64,000 nt of DNA from Takakia lepidozioides (taxonomy: Eukaryota > Plantae > Bryophyta): NCBI GenBank assembly GCA_030704615.1, contig CM060731.1:28272001-28336000 (forward strand). Direction: 5' to 3'. The notes beneath the pieces were generated by a model that searched no databases, was not told the DNA's origin, and worked only from the letters and a program-made list of their open reading frames with translations. Positions 23,401-34,400 of the stretch are shown one piece after another (within the stretch, counting starts at the first letter, position 1; every line of letters starts with the position of its first letter). Position numbers and translations under genes: made by a program.

Positions 23401-26400
23401 TTACGCACCATTTTATGATGAGGAATGCAAGACTGCTAGACGTCGCATCAAATTTTTACTACTTGATACCAATTCTTCTCCAGAGTCCACTAATCTTGCT
23501 CTTAAGCACTATAAGTCCCTCATTAGATCCAAAAAGCAAGCCTACACTATCAAGTTGCAATCTTCTTTCCTTGCTAAAATCAGATTTTCTCCTCGATCTT
23601 TTTGGTCCCTCCTTAAACCTCATAGAGATCCCCCCCAATCACTGACATTCATGTCTGGCATGAGTATGCACAGTCTTTGTACCATTCCCCAACCCAAACT
23701 CCTTCTCCTATAACCTCTAAACCCCTTCACTTCTCTCTCTTTACTACAGCCAATGTCAGTAAGGCAATCAAGAAGCTGCAAAATGGCAGAGCGGTGGACA
23801 TTTCAGGACTTCAGAGTGAATTCATCAAGCATGTTGCACCTACTTTAGCCCCTTTTATAGCTAACCTCTTCAATGAGGTGGTGCAATGGGGCTTTCCAAC
23901 AGAGTGGACAAAGAGCATCATCCACCCACTTTTTAAGAGCGGTGACAGGCTCGCACCGACAAACTATCGTACTATCATGGTGTCCTCATTACTTGCTAAA
24001 CTGTTTGGGGCAGTAGTGGCCATGGAACTGGATGATTGGGCTGAGTACTCTCGCATTCGTGCTGAGGGACAGGCTGGTTTCCGTCGAAACCGATCCACTA
24101 TTGACCACATCTTCACTCTTCAAGTTATGGTGGAAAGTGCACGCTATGACAAAAGAATGGTCTATTTTTGCTTCGTGGACTTTCACAAAGCCTTTGATTC
24201 AGTTCCTCGGGTGAGGATAAAAAATGCTTGGCAGCCTACCTACACGAGGCCTTCACCCTTAGACAATCGCTAGAACATTAATTGTGGTTTCTGGATTTGT
24301 TCCTCTCTCATGTTTTCTTCCATTTTGTCCCATAAGCTCTACGAGCTTTCCGCGGACGTTATAAAGCACCATTTCATTTCATTTCTCTTTGCTCCTTTCT
24401 CAAGAAGAAACAGGAACACCCCACATCAATCCTCATGAAAGACCTTAATAAAGCCAAGAAAAGCTCTCTTTCATCTACTGTTGTCGTGTGATGTTGTTTG
24501 CAGTGGTTTATTGTTGTTCCGCTTTCTCCCATGGGCGCTCGGGGCCCCCTGTGCATGTTATAATGGTTCTGTCAGTCGCTCTCTATCAGTGCCACTGACA
24601 GCATGGGTGTAAGTAATACGTTGCTAATTGCGATGAATTGTCTGATACCACTGGGCCGCAACAATATCCTTACGTGTTCTGACTTTGTCTTCTGTAACAC
24701 CTACACTCGCGACTATAAATGTCATGATAATTGTAATTTTGACCAGCTAAAGTAAGTCTCAATTTTGCACTTGTATTGGTTATGAGGGAGCTCTGGAAGC
24801 CCACAGTAAGATTGACAAGCAACCGAACGTGTTCATGGCCTCTCTCTTCACTCTTTTGTCTTTTGTTCTCTTTCTCGTTTGTTTCATTTCTCTCTCTGGG
24901 CCCCATGCAGACATGATTTCTACTTTTCTTTTTTCTCAGCCTCTACTGTCCTTTGGCTTTCCATTGAGGTAGTAGATTTCTTTTCTCTTCTCTCTGTGTA
25001 CGTGGTCCTGGTTCTAGTCTCAATTAAAGAGAGATCTGTCCATCCCTGTGGGCAGTGCTTAGAGCTGTGGGCTCTTTAAATCGGACAGTTACATTCTTAT
25101 GTCTTTCTCCGCACTTGAGCAGGTAGCCCAGTGGTTGGGTGTCTGTGCCTGCCTGTGCATAACCTGGGTGATCCTGGGTCCAATCCTTCAACATGTGCCT
25201 TCAGACCGTCCATTGGGCCCTCGATGGCCTGTATGTTGAGCAGCAGTAGGCTCTGTAAATTCACTGGACGTTACAGAAACTTTATCTTATCTTCTCTTAT
25301 CCGCTCTCTCTTCATCAGCTGACATTAAGATTTACTTTAGCTGGTCTAAAACACAAATGAATGGACATTGCGTGGCCAATTGGGTGTTTCCAGGAATACA
25401 ACTGAAATCTAGGACTAAGAAGAGCGCTGCAGCCCAGTGGTACTCTGATCGATACCCCCCACTTTCCTTCGCACCCTAGGTAAAGTGGTGGAGAGAAACG
25501 AGTGAGGGAATGTAATCCTCCACTGTTCCTTGCGAGATTGCTTTGATATACAATTAATGGCATGGTCTCTGCACGGTGTGGGTTTCAGCCCCCGTGGTAG
25601 GGATAGAGAAATGAAATGAAATGAAATGGTACTTTGAAGAGAAAATTTTGAAAATGTCCACTGGAAGTCCAAAGAGCTATGGGAGGATGACGAAAAAACT
25701 TGTGATGTCCATTGGAGGTCTGTGGGAAATTTATAATGTCCGCAGAAAGCTCAAAGAGCTTATGGGACAAAAGGAAAGCAAGAAACAAGAAAGGATAAAA
25801 GACAGAGCGAAGCCAGAAGCAGCCCAAAAGCATCTGAAAGAATCAAAGAAAGAAAGATGTGGAATAATGAAATGAAATGAAATGGTGCTTTATAATGACG
25901 GTCCACGGAAAGGTCATAGAGCTTATGGGACAAAAGGGAAGAAAACATGAGAGAGGAAACAAAACCAGAGCAAGAATAAAAACTATTGCTCGAGTGGAAA
26001 GAAAATAGTGAAAATAGAAAGGAAATTGAACGACACTTTATATGGTCCATGGAAAGTTCAAAGAGCTTTTGTTTTTGTTTCTTATGGGAAGAAAGAAAAA
26101 CCAACAAACTTGTTACGACCGCGAGAGGCTGAGGTATGGAGAGGAAGATACAGAAACTCTAAGATGTTCACAGGGGCCCCGAGGGCCTGTCTGGATCAAA
26201 CTTTCTTGGCTTGCCAACGTTGTAGTTTCCCTTTTCCTCGCCAACAAAATAGAAAGGAGAAAGAGGGTGCTGTGTAACTAACAAAGCAAGAATCAACTTA
26301 TGAGACAGATGGCAATGTAAGTCTCTGATGGAGAGCTTCATCAAGCACTTCGTCTCTGCTTGACTGCTGATGTTAAACCTGGTAGAGATGAGAACGAGGC

Positions 26401-27976
26401 CACAAAAAAATGACATCAACCCTCCAAGGACAGAACTTGGAAAACAGGCGAGCTTTTGGTCTTTAATATATAGAACCCAACAAGCCAGTGACTGAGGTTG
26501 CCCAACTATTACTGTGAATGTTTCTCCAGGTCTGCATATTGCGGGTGCCGCAGCCCTGGATGCGATTGTTTAAGAGAAGTGCCGAACAAGCAAAATACCT
26601 CAATTTTAAGAAGCCCCATCCAGAATGGACTGGGCGGCTTGCTCGCATTAATCCGAGTCGCTGGCTGGGCAGAAAGGTCTGTGACATTTACTTTTGATGC
26701 AATTAACTTACACATCAAAAGGGGCCAAGAGAATGATAATTGCACATGCCATGAGTTCCTATTTAAAATGAGCCTTGTGGAATAGCTCATATAGGTTTCA
26801 TAAGGAGTCCTCATCGAATTTAAATTGAAAGCTTCCAATAGCATAGGGCCCCAGCAGTGGATTGCACTGCAGGTGGTGTGCCTTTTTGGAAGGTTTTACT
26901 GTGATCTTTGCCTCAATCAGGCTTCCTAGTCTCTACAAAAGTATTGAGCAATGATCACACATCTCACACTGTTAACGTGGCCCTTACTATGTGTCCACCT
27001 CCTAGCAGGGAGCATCCATTGGCTTTTGGATGGTCTTCTTCTTCTTCTTTATGAACCTGATGAGGTAGATGCCCACTCTATCACCAACTAATGAAGTAAT
27101 CATGGTTGCAGAAGCCTGATATGTTAAACAACAGGAACAGAGACAAGGCCTGGTTTGTGACTGTCTTTGGACCCAAAATTGCAGAAGAGTGCTATAACTT
27201 TTACAAACACATCCAGTGTCTCACATACAAGGCCATGGAGCCAGAGACGTATAGCCTGCGCATGGTTATGGGTTTTCTCACCTGCCCTATGTTTCAAACT
27301 TCAATCATTAAGGTAAATCCCATTCAACAAATCTCTTGTCAATCAACTCTATCTTTTCCTTCAGATAGTTCGCAGTTTATGTGCTCCTCTACATAGAACA
27401 GAAAACCGGCAGAAATACCGGAATAGGTTGAGCAATCAGGACTGCCCTAAAGTGCTACCTATCTAAATGAGTTGCGAACTGAAAGGCCCAGTGAATCCTC
27501 TACCATGTTGATCCGAAATATCAACTTGGTATGTCAACATTCTGCAATCAGAAAATGGCCAAACAAAATGATCCTGATGACATGATTCTCCGAGACAGGC
27601 TTTCCCAAAAGAGCTAAAGGTCAAAGAATGTCGAGGCTCAGGCTACTTCATTGGTGGTGAAGCACACGGCAACTCCTTGACCCTTACTGGAGAACCTCAC
27701 CTGTTGCTTGCAGCTGCAAAATCCATCCCAAACGACATGGTTGGCCGGACATCCTTCCGGATTGGATTTCCGACGAAGAAAACATTTATCAAAATATATA
27801 CAGTCTCGCAAACTTTTGGATTAGATCTGGAAATGAACACTCTCTATCTACTCAAACACTTGAAGAAAATTATCCGAGTGTTGGAGTATTTGATTGATTA
27901 TGCTGAACCTGCATTCGTCCCTTGGGATGTGCCACGGGAAATTGTTGAATTGGTCGAGCCTTGCGATCCCTTCTAA
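14449..27976 (+). CDS. Multi-exon BTB/POZ-domain protein gene. Proposed exons: 14449-15043, 15159-16066, 19596-20019, 20532-20853 (1-nt frameshift), 26530-26676, 27112-27312; further exons at ~27365-27528 and ~27714-27976 are uncertain
   Basis: BTB N-half ADVVIAV...VRAHSQVLRRCCNGFEELL is in exon 1, and the C-half AALHAIMEYLYTEQCHV...VFQAANELLLTEL is in exon 3. GT-AG junctions have compatible phases for exons 1-4 and 4-6. Confidence 0.65.
16458..18682 (+). mobile_element. LINE family A (RTE-X/L2-like), 5'-truncated ORF2 in intron 2 of the BTB gene
   Basis: KAGGPDGI, GNYRGITLL, QAGFR...DHIFTL, FLDVKKAYD, GVAQGCTLSPLLF, LMFADD, YTYLGV and C-terminal CPLC...HFLIHC. Flanked by a 14-bp TSD, TCTTTCC(G/A)CGGACG. 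Confidence 0.92.
18735..19192 (+). mobile_element. Older 3' fragment of LINE family A
   Basis: Diverged copy of 18210-18670 (...ggccacaaggctacggcgaacaacg). Confidence 0.8.
19200..19470 (+). mobile_element. Tandem 3' fragments of LINE family B with (CATTT)n tails
   Basis: YYEIHRRFHCLFRGIQSLTEVFHYEDQK coding remnant, plus gagctttccgcggacgttataaagtaccatttcatttc. Confidence 0.8.
20180..20518 (+). mobile_element. Two tandem 3' fragments of LINE family B
   Basis: EDQKCLAAYLHKALTL...* remnant followed by the 3' UTR and (CATTT)n; a second UTR-plus-tail copy ends at ~20518. Confidence 0.8.
21066..24385 (+). mobile_element. LINE family B (RTE-X-like): 5' UTR, coiled-coil ORF1, APE endonuclease and RT, internal deletion at ~24211, intact 3' end with (CATTT)n tail
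   Basis: ORF1 runs ~21185-22330 with frameshifts. The APE shows IGSWNCNG, LLETH, GDFNAR and TDH. The RT shows NYRTI, QAGFR and FVDFHKAFDSVPR, then jumps to EDKKCLAAYLHEAFTLRQSLEH* and the UTR/tail. Confidence 0.9.
25112..25300 (+). mobile_element. tRNA-derived SINE family 1
   Basis: A box TAGCCCAGTGG, B-box-like GGTCCAATCC and (TTATC)n tail; close copy at 41133-41320. Confidence 0.8.
25608..26090 (-). mobile_element. Cluster of 3-4 LINE-B 3'-end copies on the - strand
   Basis: (GAAAT)n-ggtgctttataatgacggtccacggaaag...agagcttatgggacaaaa is the reverse complement of the LINE-B 3' end. Confidence 0.8.
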
Positions 27977-29570
27977 CTGTAGCACACAGAAAGGTATCGT
28001 TGCAAATTATCATAAAGGCTGGGTCTGTGGTCTCTTCCGAGCCCCATTTTTCTGCTCTGCTCTTCGGCCCTAATCCCCCAATTCTGCATGGTTTGGGATT
28101 CACCATAACTCGATTTGAAGGGCACGCGGGTAGGCAATCTTCCACATATCGAACTTCCAAGCCAAATCACCAAGACAGAAGATTCTAAGATGCGTAAAAT
28201 TCTCTATAAATTCTATCTCACTGAAGCTCCGTGGTCAGCCCTTTGGAGAAACCTCTACGAGATCTAGTTCCCACATACGAAGTTGTCATCATCAGGAATG
28301 GGCATCTGATTTGGAATAGGATGGTTGCCTTTGCAAACCGGAGTTTGACGGTTCCTGCTTTAGTTGGGATTGACTTTACTTAGAAAATGGTTGGCCCGAC
28401 CTCTTCTGCTACCGGTGTTACTCTCTGCTGGTCCTGCCAGCATTTCTTGGCTTGCCAAGGCTATGGTTGAGGTTTGACTGGTTGGTTTTTCTTTCGCCCT
28501 TTCCTCACCAATTGCTATATACTTTAGCTGTTCAATACGTGTTAACGAAACTCTCAAACACACATTCTTTCTACTTAGAATTCCGAGCGGATTCGGAAGA
28601 ATCAAACCACCCGGCTATCAATTTGTATGTGGGTGACAGAGATGAAAAAACATATTGAGGGATATACACACTCATAGAAGTGGCGGACTCAAGGGAAAAG
28701 TATGACCTGTGAGGAGGCATCCAAGAACATGGCCGCCGAAGATCGCTCTACAAACCTCAGACTAACATCCCCCGCACTTGCATTCTCACTCAGTTCCCCC
28801 ATATCGTCTCCTTCGCTCCCGGCAAAGTGCGTTCGTTCTATCGGAAGACTTTCGTTCATTCCGCCGGAGAGTGTCGTTCGCTCGACCAGGAAACGTCGAT
28901 TGGATGATGCCAGCCCGGATAAGAACATTACATATATTATTCCTATTATTTAGTTATTGACGTGTGACGTGTGAAGTGTCTGTTTAGGGCGGACCAGGCG
29001 GAGGCTCAAATCCAGGCTAGCTATATATATATATATTTTATGAAGTGGCCTCAAGGCTTTACAGTAGTGAACAGTGTTTTTTTGTTCATTTAAGAACTTG
29101 AGCCACGTTGGCTCCTGGCTGGCCTATGAGGAAGATCAATTGGCAACTATGTGGCATGTGATTTCGAACCGGTGGCTACTGTCAAGAATGTTTGATGAGT
29201 TTTATGCGAACTCAACTCATGTAGTGTTCGGTTTGTGGGAACGACAAGGGAGGTAATTTTTTCTCAGTAACAACGCGTTGCATATTGTAAAGCTTAGCAC
29301 AACTCTCACATGGATACAATCCATTGACAAATATGACTAATCTTGTCCAAGATTAGCAACTCTGCTCAAAGCCTCATGTGCCATTGCAAGAGGCGGTGCA
29401 AGTCTGCTTAAATGGAGGTGCATGACACGGATACTAGGCGGGTAAGCGAAACCTAAATGAGAGTTCCCTCCATAGCTTGACCCCTTGGCGAAAGCGGGAA
29501 GACTTTGAACCCAAGGCTTTGCTCCTTGCACTGGCACGGTGGTAGGTTTCTAGAAATTGAGACAATCAAC

Positions 29571-29712
29571 ATGTAGCCCAATGGTAATGGGCACATACCA
29601 CGTTGGATGTGGTTGTGGGTTCAATCCATGGTCTGGTGTGTCATGAAGGTGTCCACCTTTCAGCAGGAAGGTAGTAGCCTTGTGGTGAAATGACACCATA
29701 AGTTACGCTCCC
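29571..29712 (+). mobile_element. tRNA-derived SINE family 2
   Basis: A box TAGCCCAATGG and B box GGTTCAATCC; homologous copy at 42104-42232. Confidence 0.7.
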
Positions 29713-31498
29713 TTTGGGAGGAGTCATATATATATATATTTAGAAATCGATAGGCAAGATCGTATGGATGTAACGAACCATGTGGCTTGTATAGGCGACG
29801 TCCTCATTGCAGCGACATGATGGCATTAGGGAGGGAGTAATGCAAAACAGTGCCATATTTTAACCCATAATTCCTTTGTAAATTTCGTGAGGCCAATTTC
29901 TGGATCGAAAAGTGGCCAAACTTTGCGCAAAAAAAAAACGCTGGTAATAGTGAACATTCTAGAAGTTAAAAATCGGTGGCGGGGAGTCCTAAGATATTAG
30001 TCTGGAGGCTGGACCTTTAAGAGAATAATACTAAATCTGCATCTTTAAGATTTTTAATTTTTCGTCTTTCTATAATTACATGTTCTTAAGGAACCTCTCC
30101 GAGAATTTCAAAAAACAAAAAATAATTTCCTTTAAAAATAATAATTATATTCGGAGATGTGGAAGATCCAATCCACGCACCTTCTCCATCATCAGTCGTC
30201 GTTATCATAACCCAGGTCGAATTAAGATTACTAAACATGATTACTAAACGCAAACGGAGCGCGGTTAGTGAGCATAAAGCGTGATTAGCGGGAGGCCTGG
30301 AGCAAAAAGCAGGCAAACGTATTTATAACACGCTCTCTGCATTTCGCGTGCCGTCTCCCCCTCGGCCTCACACTTCTGCTCCCTCCTTCCCCGTTTGCTC
30401 CGACCGCCATATCCATGCTTACAGAGCTTGGTTTCACCTTCACCTACTTGCGATATCTCTATGAATCGGATCCCCGTCTCTTCGACTGTGTGATAGATCT
30501 CTTCGTACGGAGTCTTATGGTATCTTGATCTCCTCACAGGCGCGGTCGCCATATCCATCGACCTTTCCGCCGGGATCTTCTGGAGATCGTTGTTGATCGA
30601 AGGTAAAGGTGAAAAACTAAAGAGAATCCAAAACTTCCTCCGGTATTTCTTGCGTTTTGATCTGTGATGAGAGTTCAGCTTGAGACTTTCTGGCCCTGTG
30701 TACTGGTGCCGAGTTTCTTCACCTCTACATGTAGGAAAGAGGTGAAGAAATCAGGATCTTGAGGAGGCGTTTCGTAGATTCCGCCAATCTCATTGCCTCG
30801 GGCATTGAGTTGTTTTGTGCAGCCGCCTTGTGCTGTTAGTGGTTTCTCTCGCAATCTCTCTCTCTCTCTCTTTCTCTGTCTCTCTCTTCACCGATCCCTC
30901 GAAGTACCTTGTCCGAAGTTTGACTATGGACGTAAACTCTCCCACTCTCCTCTCTCTCGCACTGTATTCACTAATAAAATTCAGTAGCGAACTTACCTCC
31001 AACAGATATCAGGGGAATCTGGATCTCGTGTCTCTCTGTGCCTAGTACATCTTGACTCTTAAGTACTAAAGCTCTAATCAAGCCCTTAGCTGAGATACAA
31101 TATCTATGTTTGTTCTCTTCATGAGTCTGAACCTAAGCTCTTTGTATTGTATCAGTAAATTCACTCGCTGTCTAGCATCCCATGGGTATACGATGTGGCA
31201 AAAGCAAACTTTACTAATTCCGTCAGTAACGTGTTATCTATCACGTGCTATCTCATATAGTATTTGAATGCTCTCTCCTCCCATGCAGTGATATCTTTCT
31301 CTAGCCGCTCTTTGTCTGTTGCTGGCTCTGGTTCTGTGTGTCTTTGAATCTCTTGATCTTTCACGTTATAGTCTTTCCTCTTTTCTTATGTCCTCTCTCT
31401 CTCTTCACGACCACAAGGCTACTCTCTTCATGAATAGAAAGTATTTGTTTGTCTTTTGAATCTTCACTAAGAAGGACTCCCTCTATATTGCCAGAAAA

Positions 31499-34400
31499 AT
31501 GGCATTCTTAAAAGCACAATTGAAGGAGAAAGAGATGGCAGCTATGGTTGATGGAGTATACAAGCATGTTATGGAGGATGTGACCAGCAACGTTCGGGCT
31601 GACTTCCAGAGTGAGGATGTGGATGAAGGTGTCCTGAATGAGCTGCAAGGGGTGAGCCTCGTTAAGTTGCAAGAGTGAAGGGGTACTAAACATCAGGCTG
31701 CAGGATTGCTGTTTGTACATCTCAGTGGAGGATCAATTTCTAATTACAGTAACACTGAGTGGCAGTTCCAGACTGTAATAGGTTCATTGGAGAAAGGAGT
31801 CTTGTTTTCTGATGATCCACACACCTTAAGCATTGCAGCTGGTCTGACGGGAGACCAGTCGTCTGAAGTTGTGATTTATATTCTGAGGTACATGCTTTAA
31901 TTGCCTAGGATGCAGAGCAACTGCAGCTTTTAGACATTGCAGCCTGTTTTAGTGCTTGGGATTTGGGTATAGCTCTCATGTGGCATATGTGGTTTTGTCA
32001 GTTATGGACGCTGAAGTTGATGAAGTACCCAGGGGCTCTGCTGTCAGGGACAACAAACGAGACACAACAGGCATATCCACCGTCAAAAACAGACCCTGCC
32101 CTTGCCACACCTGCTGCCTCTGTTGCCCCCATCAACATCACCCCCGTGCATGATCTCAATGTTCCTTACGAGCCCACTGAGGAATATGAAACTCCTACAG
32201 TGGAGATGTTATTCCCACCGGTAAGACCAAATTAGTTGTGTAGGACTTGGTATATACCACATTTGTATGCTCAGTCACATCCTTTAACCAGGGAGGCTTT
32301 TCACATTTTCAAGTTTTCCTCCAGCTTGGCCTATATGTCTAGCTATGGAAAAGTTTGGGCAACAATTTTATGGATGTTCCTGGTTAGTCTGTAAATGTAA
32401 CAGTTTCTCCAATAGAACGCACGTACTATGTAAGAAGTGTCAATAGTACGTTGTGTCTGACATATTTATCTGCCTCTAGCAAGGAAAGAAACAATACAAC
32501 AAAGGAACTGTAGCAGTTCAAAGATGTTTTCCTGTAGTGACAGCTTTTATGTAAATAGTGGGGTTGCTTTGCTTGCCATGTGTGTAGACACCTGCACAAC
32601 CCAGCAGTGATGAGCCTGTGATGTATGAGTACATGCCTTCAGGTCCTAGTGACTCATCTCTCCCCTCTGATGTTGGGGTGGATGGCCTTGACAACGAACA
32701 TGGAAAGCCAGCTCCCTACATGGTACCTCATTTCCAGTTTTTGTAAATCATGAAATTTTTCTCATTTGTTTTTCGTTGCTTATCTCATCAGCTCCACACT
32801 CCTTGTTATTGGCTTTGGTGGGAATTTATTCGTTCTTGTGTTCATTATGTCTGTTGGCAATTGGTCCATTTGTAACAGTTCCAGTAAAAGTGAGGATTTC
32901 CTCTTTTTTTTAAGGAGATGACTTCGATGAGGATCTTTCTAACTTGCTACTAAAGTACATTGCTTCTTTAATTGATCAGCTGCTGTTTCTTTCATCTGTG
33001 TACTCAGTCTTGTAGTTCTTCCATATTACACTGCTGTTTCTCTGCATTCCAGTCTATTTGCTTGTATCACCAGTTCTTCCTGTAAATATAACTTTTTCTG
33101 TGTGTATCAGCAACAGCCGACTGCCTGGTTGACTCAGAAGCACCGGTATATGGATATGAATGTTGGTGTGTATTCTCTCTCCCTCACTCTGTCTCTTCAG
33201 GGAAAACAGGCAAGCGCAAAGTGCTAGGTCTAAAATTATTCCACTGCAGAGGGATCCAACTCTGAGGTAAAAAAAACCGTGCTTTGTTGCATTATTAGAC
33301 CTGCCTTGGAGTACGCATCTGCAATATGGGTTGATAACTCCAACCAGGCTAAGTCTCTAGAATCCATTCAAGTGGGGTTGCTTAAGGAGTGCATGTCAAC
33401 ATGCTGCAAAACAGCCAATGTGGCTGTTCGGGGTGAGTTTGGCATCCCTTCCTTAAGCTCCCGACGAGATGAATTCACGGTCCCATGGTGGGGTCAGCTG
33501 CAACATATGTCCAACATCGGATATCCAAAGTTAATCGACTCTATATGTTGGAAGCAGGATTGCCTGTCAAACAGGCTAAGTCTTGGTGGAAGAGAGTAGA
33601 AGATATTCTCAAGGATCTGAAACTTAGCCTGCAAGTCTTGACCCTGCTGGATAAATCTGACTTAGAGGCTGTAGAATGAAGTTCGGCAGAAAACTTCCCT
33701 GAACTAGAGAGACGCTCTCTTCAAATCTATCAAGGGAATTATACCTGTACCTCTGTTTACCAACTTTGAAATTCTCGAGGCTGAGCCAAAAGCCTAGGCC
33801 GTTTTGGGGCCTAGTTATTGGGCAAACCACACACAGCAGGTTGATGCTGAAAATCCCGGATCAATTGTTTATTCCAAGGTAAGTCTTACTACCGGCATCA
33901 GCCCCTGACAAAGGTAGGTTCTGTCCCTTTGTGTTCCGTTCAAACTGGGCATGGGGTCAATGGCCACAAAGGTTACGGCAAACAATGTCTTATGAGTACA
34001 TTCTCTTAGGAAACGGACAATATCCAACTTCTGATACATTGTCCGGGTATTCTCACCAGAGAGTGACCCTCTTCAGCACATCAAGAACATTGTTCCTGCA
34101 CCTTGATCCACCAACTCTCAAAATCTCGAGGCTTAGCTCAAAGAAAGTTGTGAAGTTGTTTTATGGTCCTTGAATGTTTTTTATTTTTGGATTTCTTTCT
34201 TTTCAAGAGGGAAGGGGCAAGAACCCAGATTTACCTTTGTTGTTCGTAAACAGGGGAGACTACCTCAGCAAAAAGTATTGGAATCAATCTGGTCCCATGT
34301 TCGTAGGAGGTTCTTCAGAAAGTCCACAGGAGGAGCAGAGGCCTATGGTGACAGTGGAACTACCTGAGCAAACAGAGGGTCTGAAATGTGAAGCAGCTTT

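Noticed and set aside
19200-26090. Recurrent ~60-bp repeat with variable spacing resembling a CRISPR array
   Set aside because: Spacing is irregular, both strands are used, the context is eukaryotic intron with no cas genes, and the repeat is the LINE-B 3' end.
28200-30600. Possible - strand gene between the BTB and TFIIA genes
   Set aside because: All frames are interrupted and have no motif; more likely 3' flank and TFIIA promoter/5' UTR.
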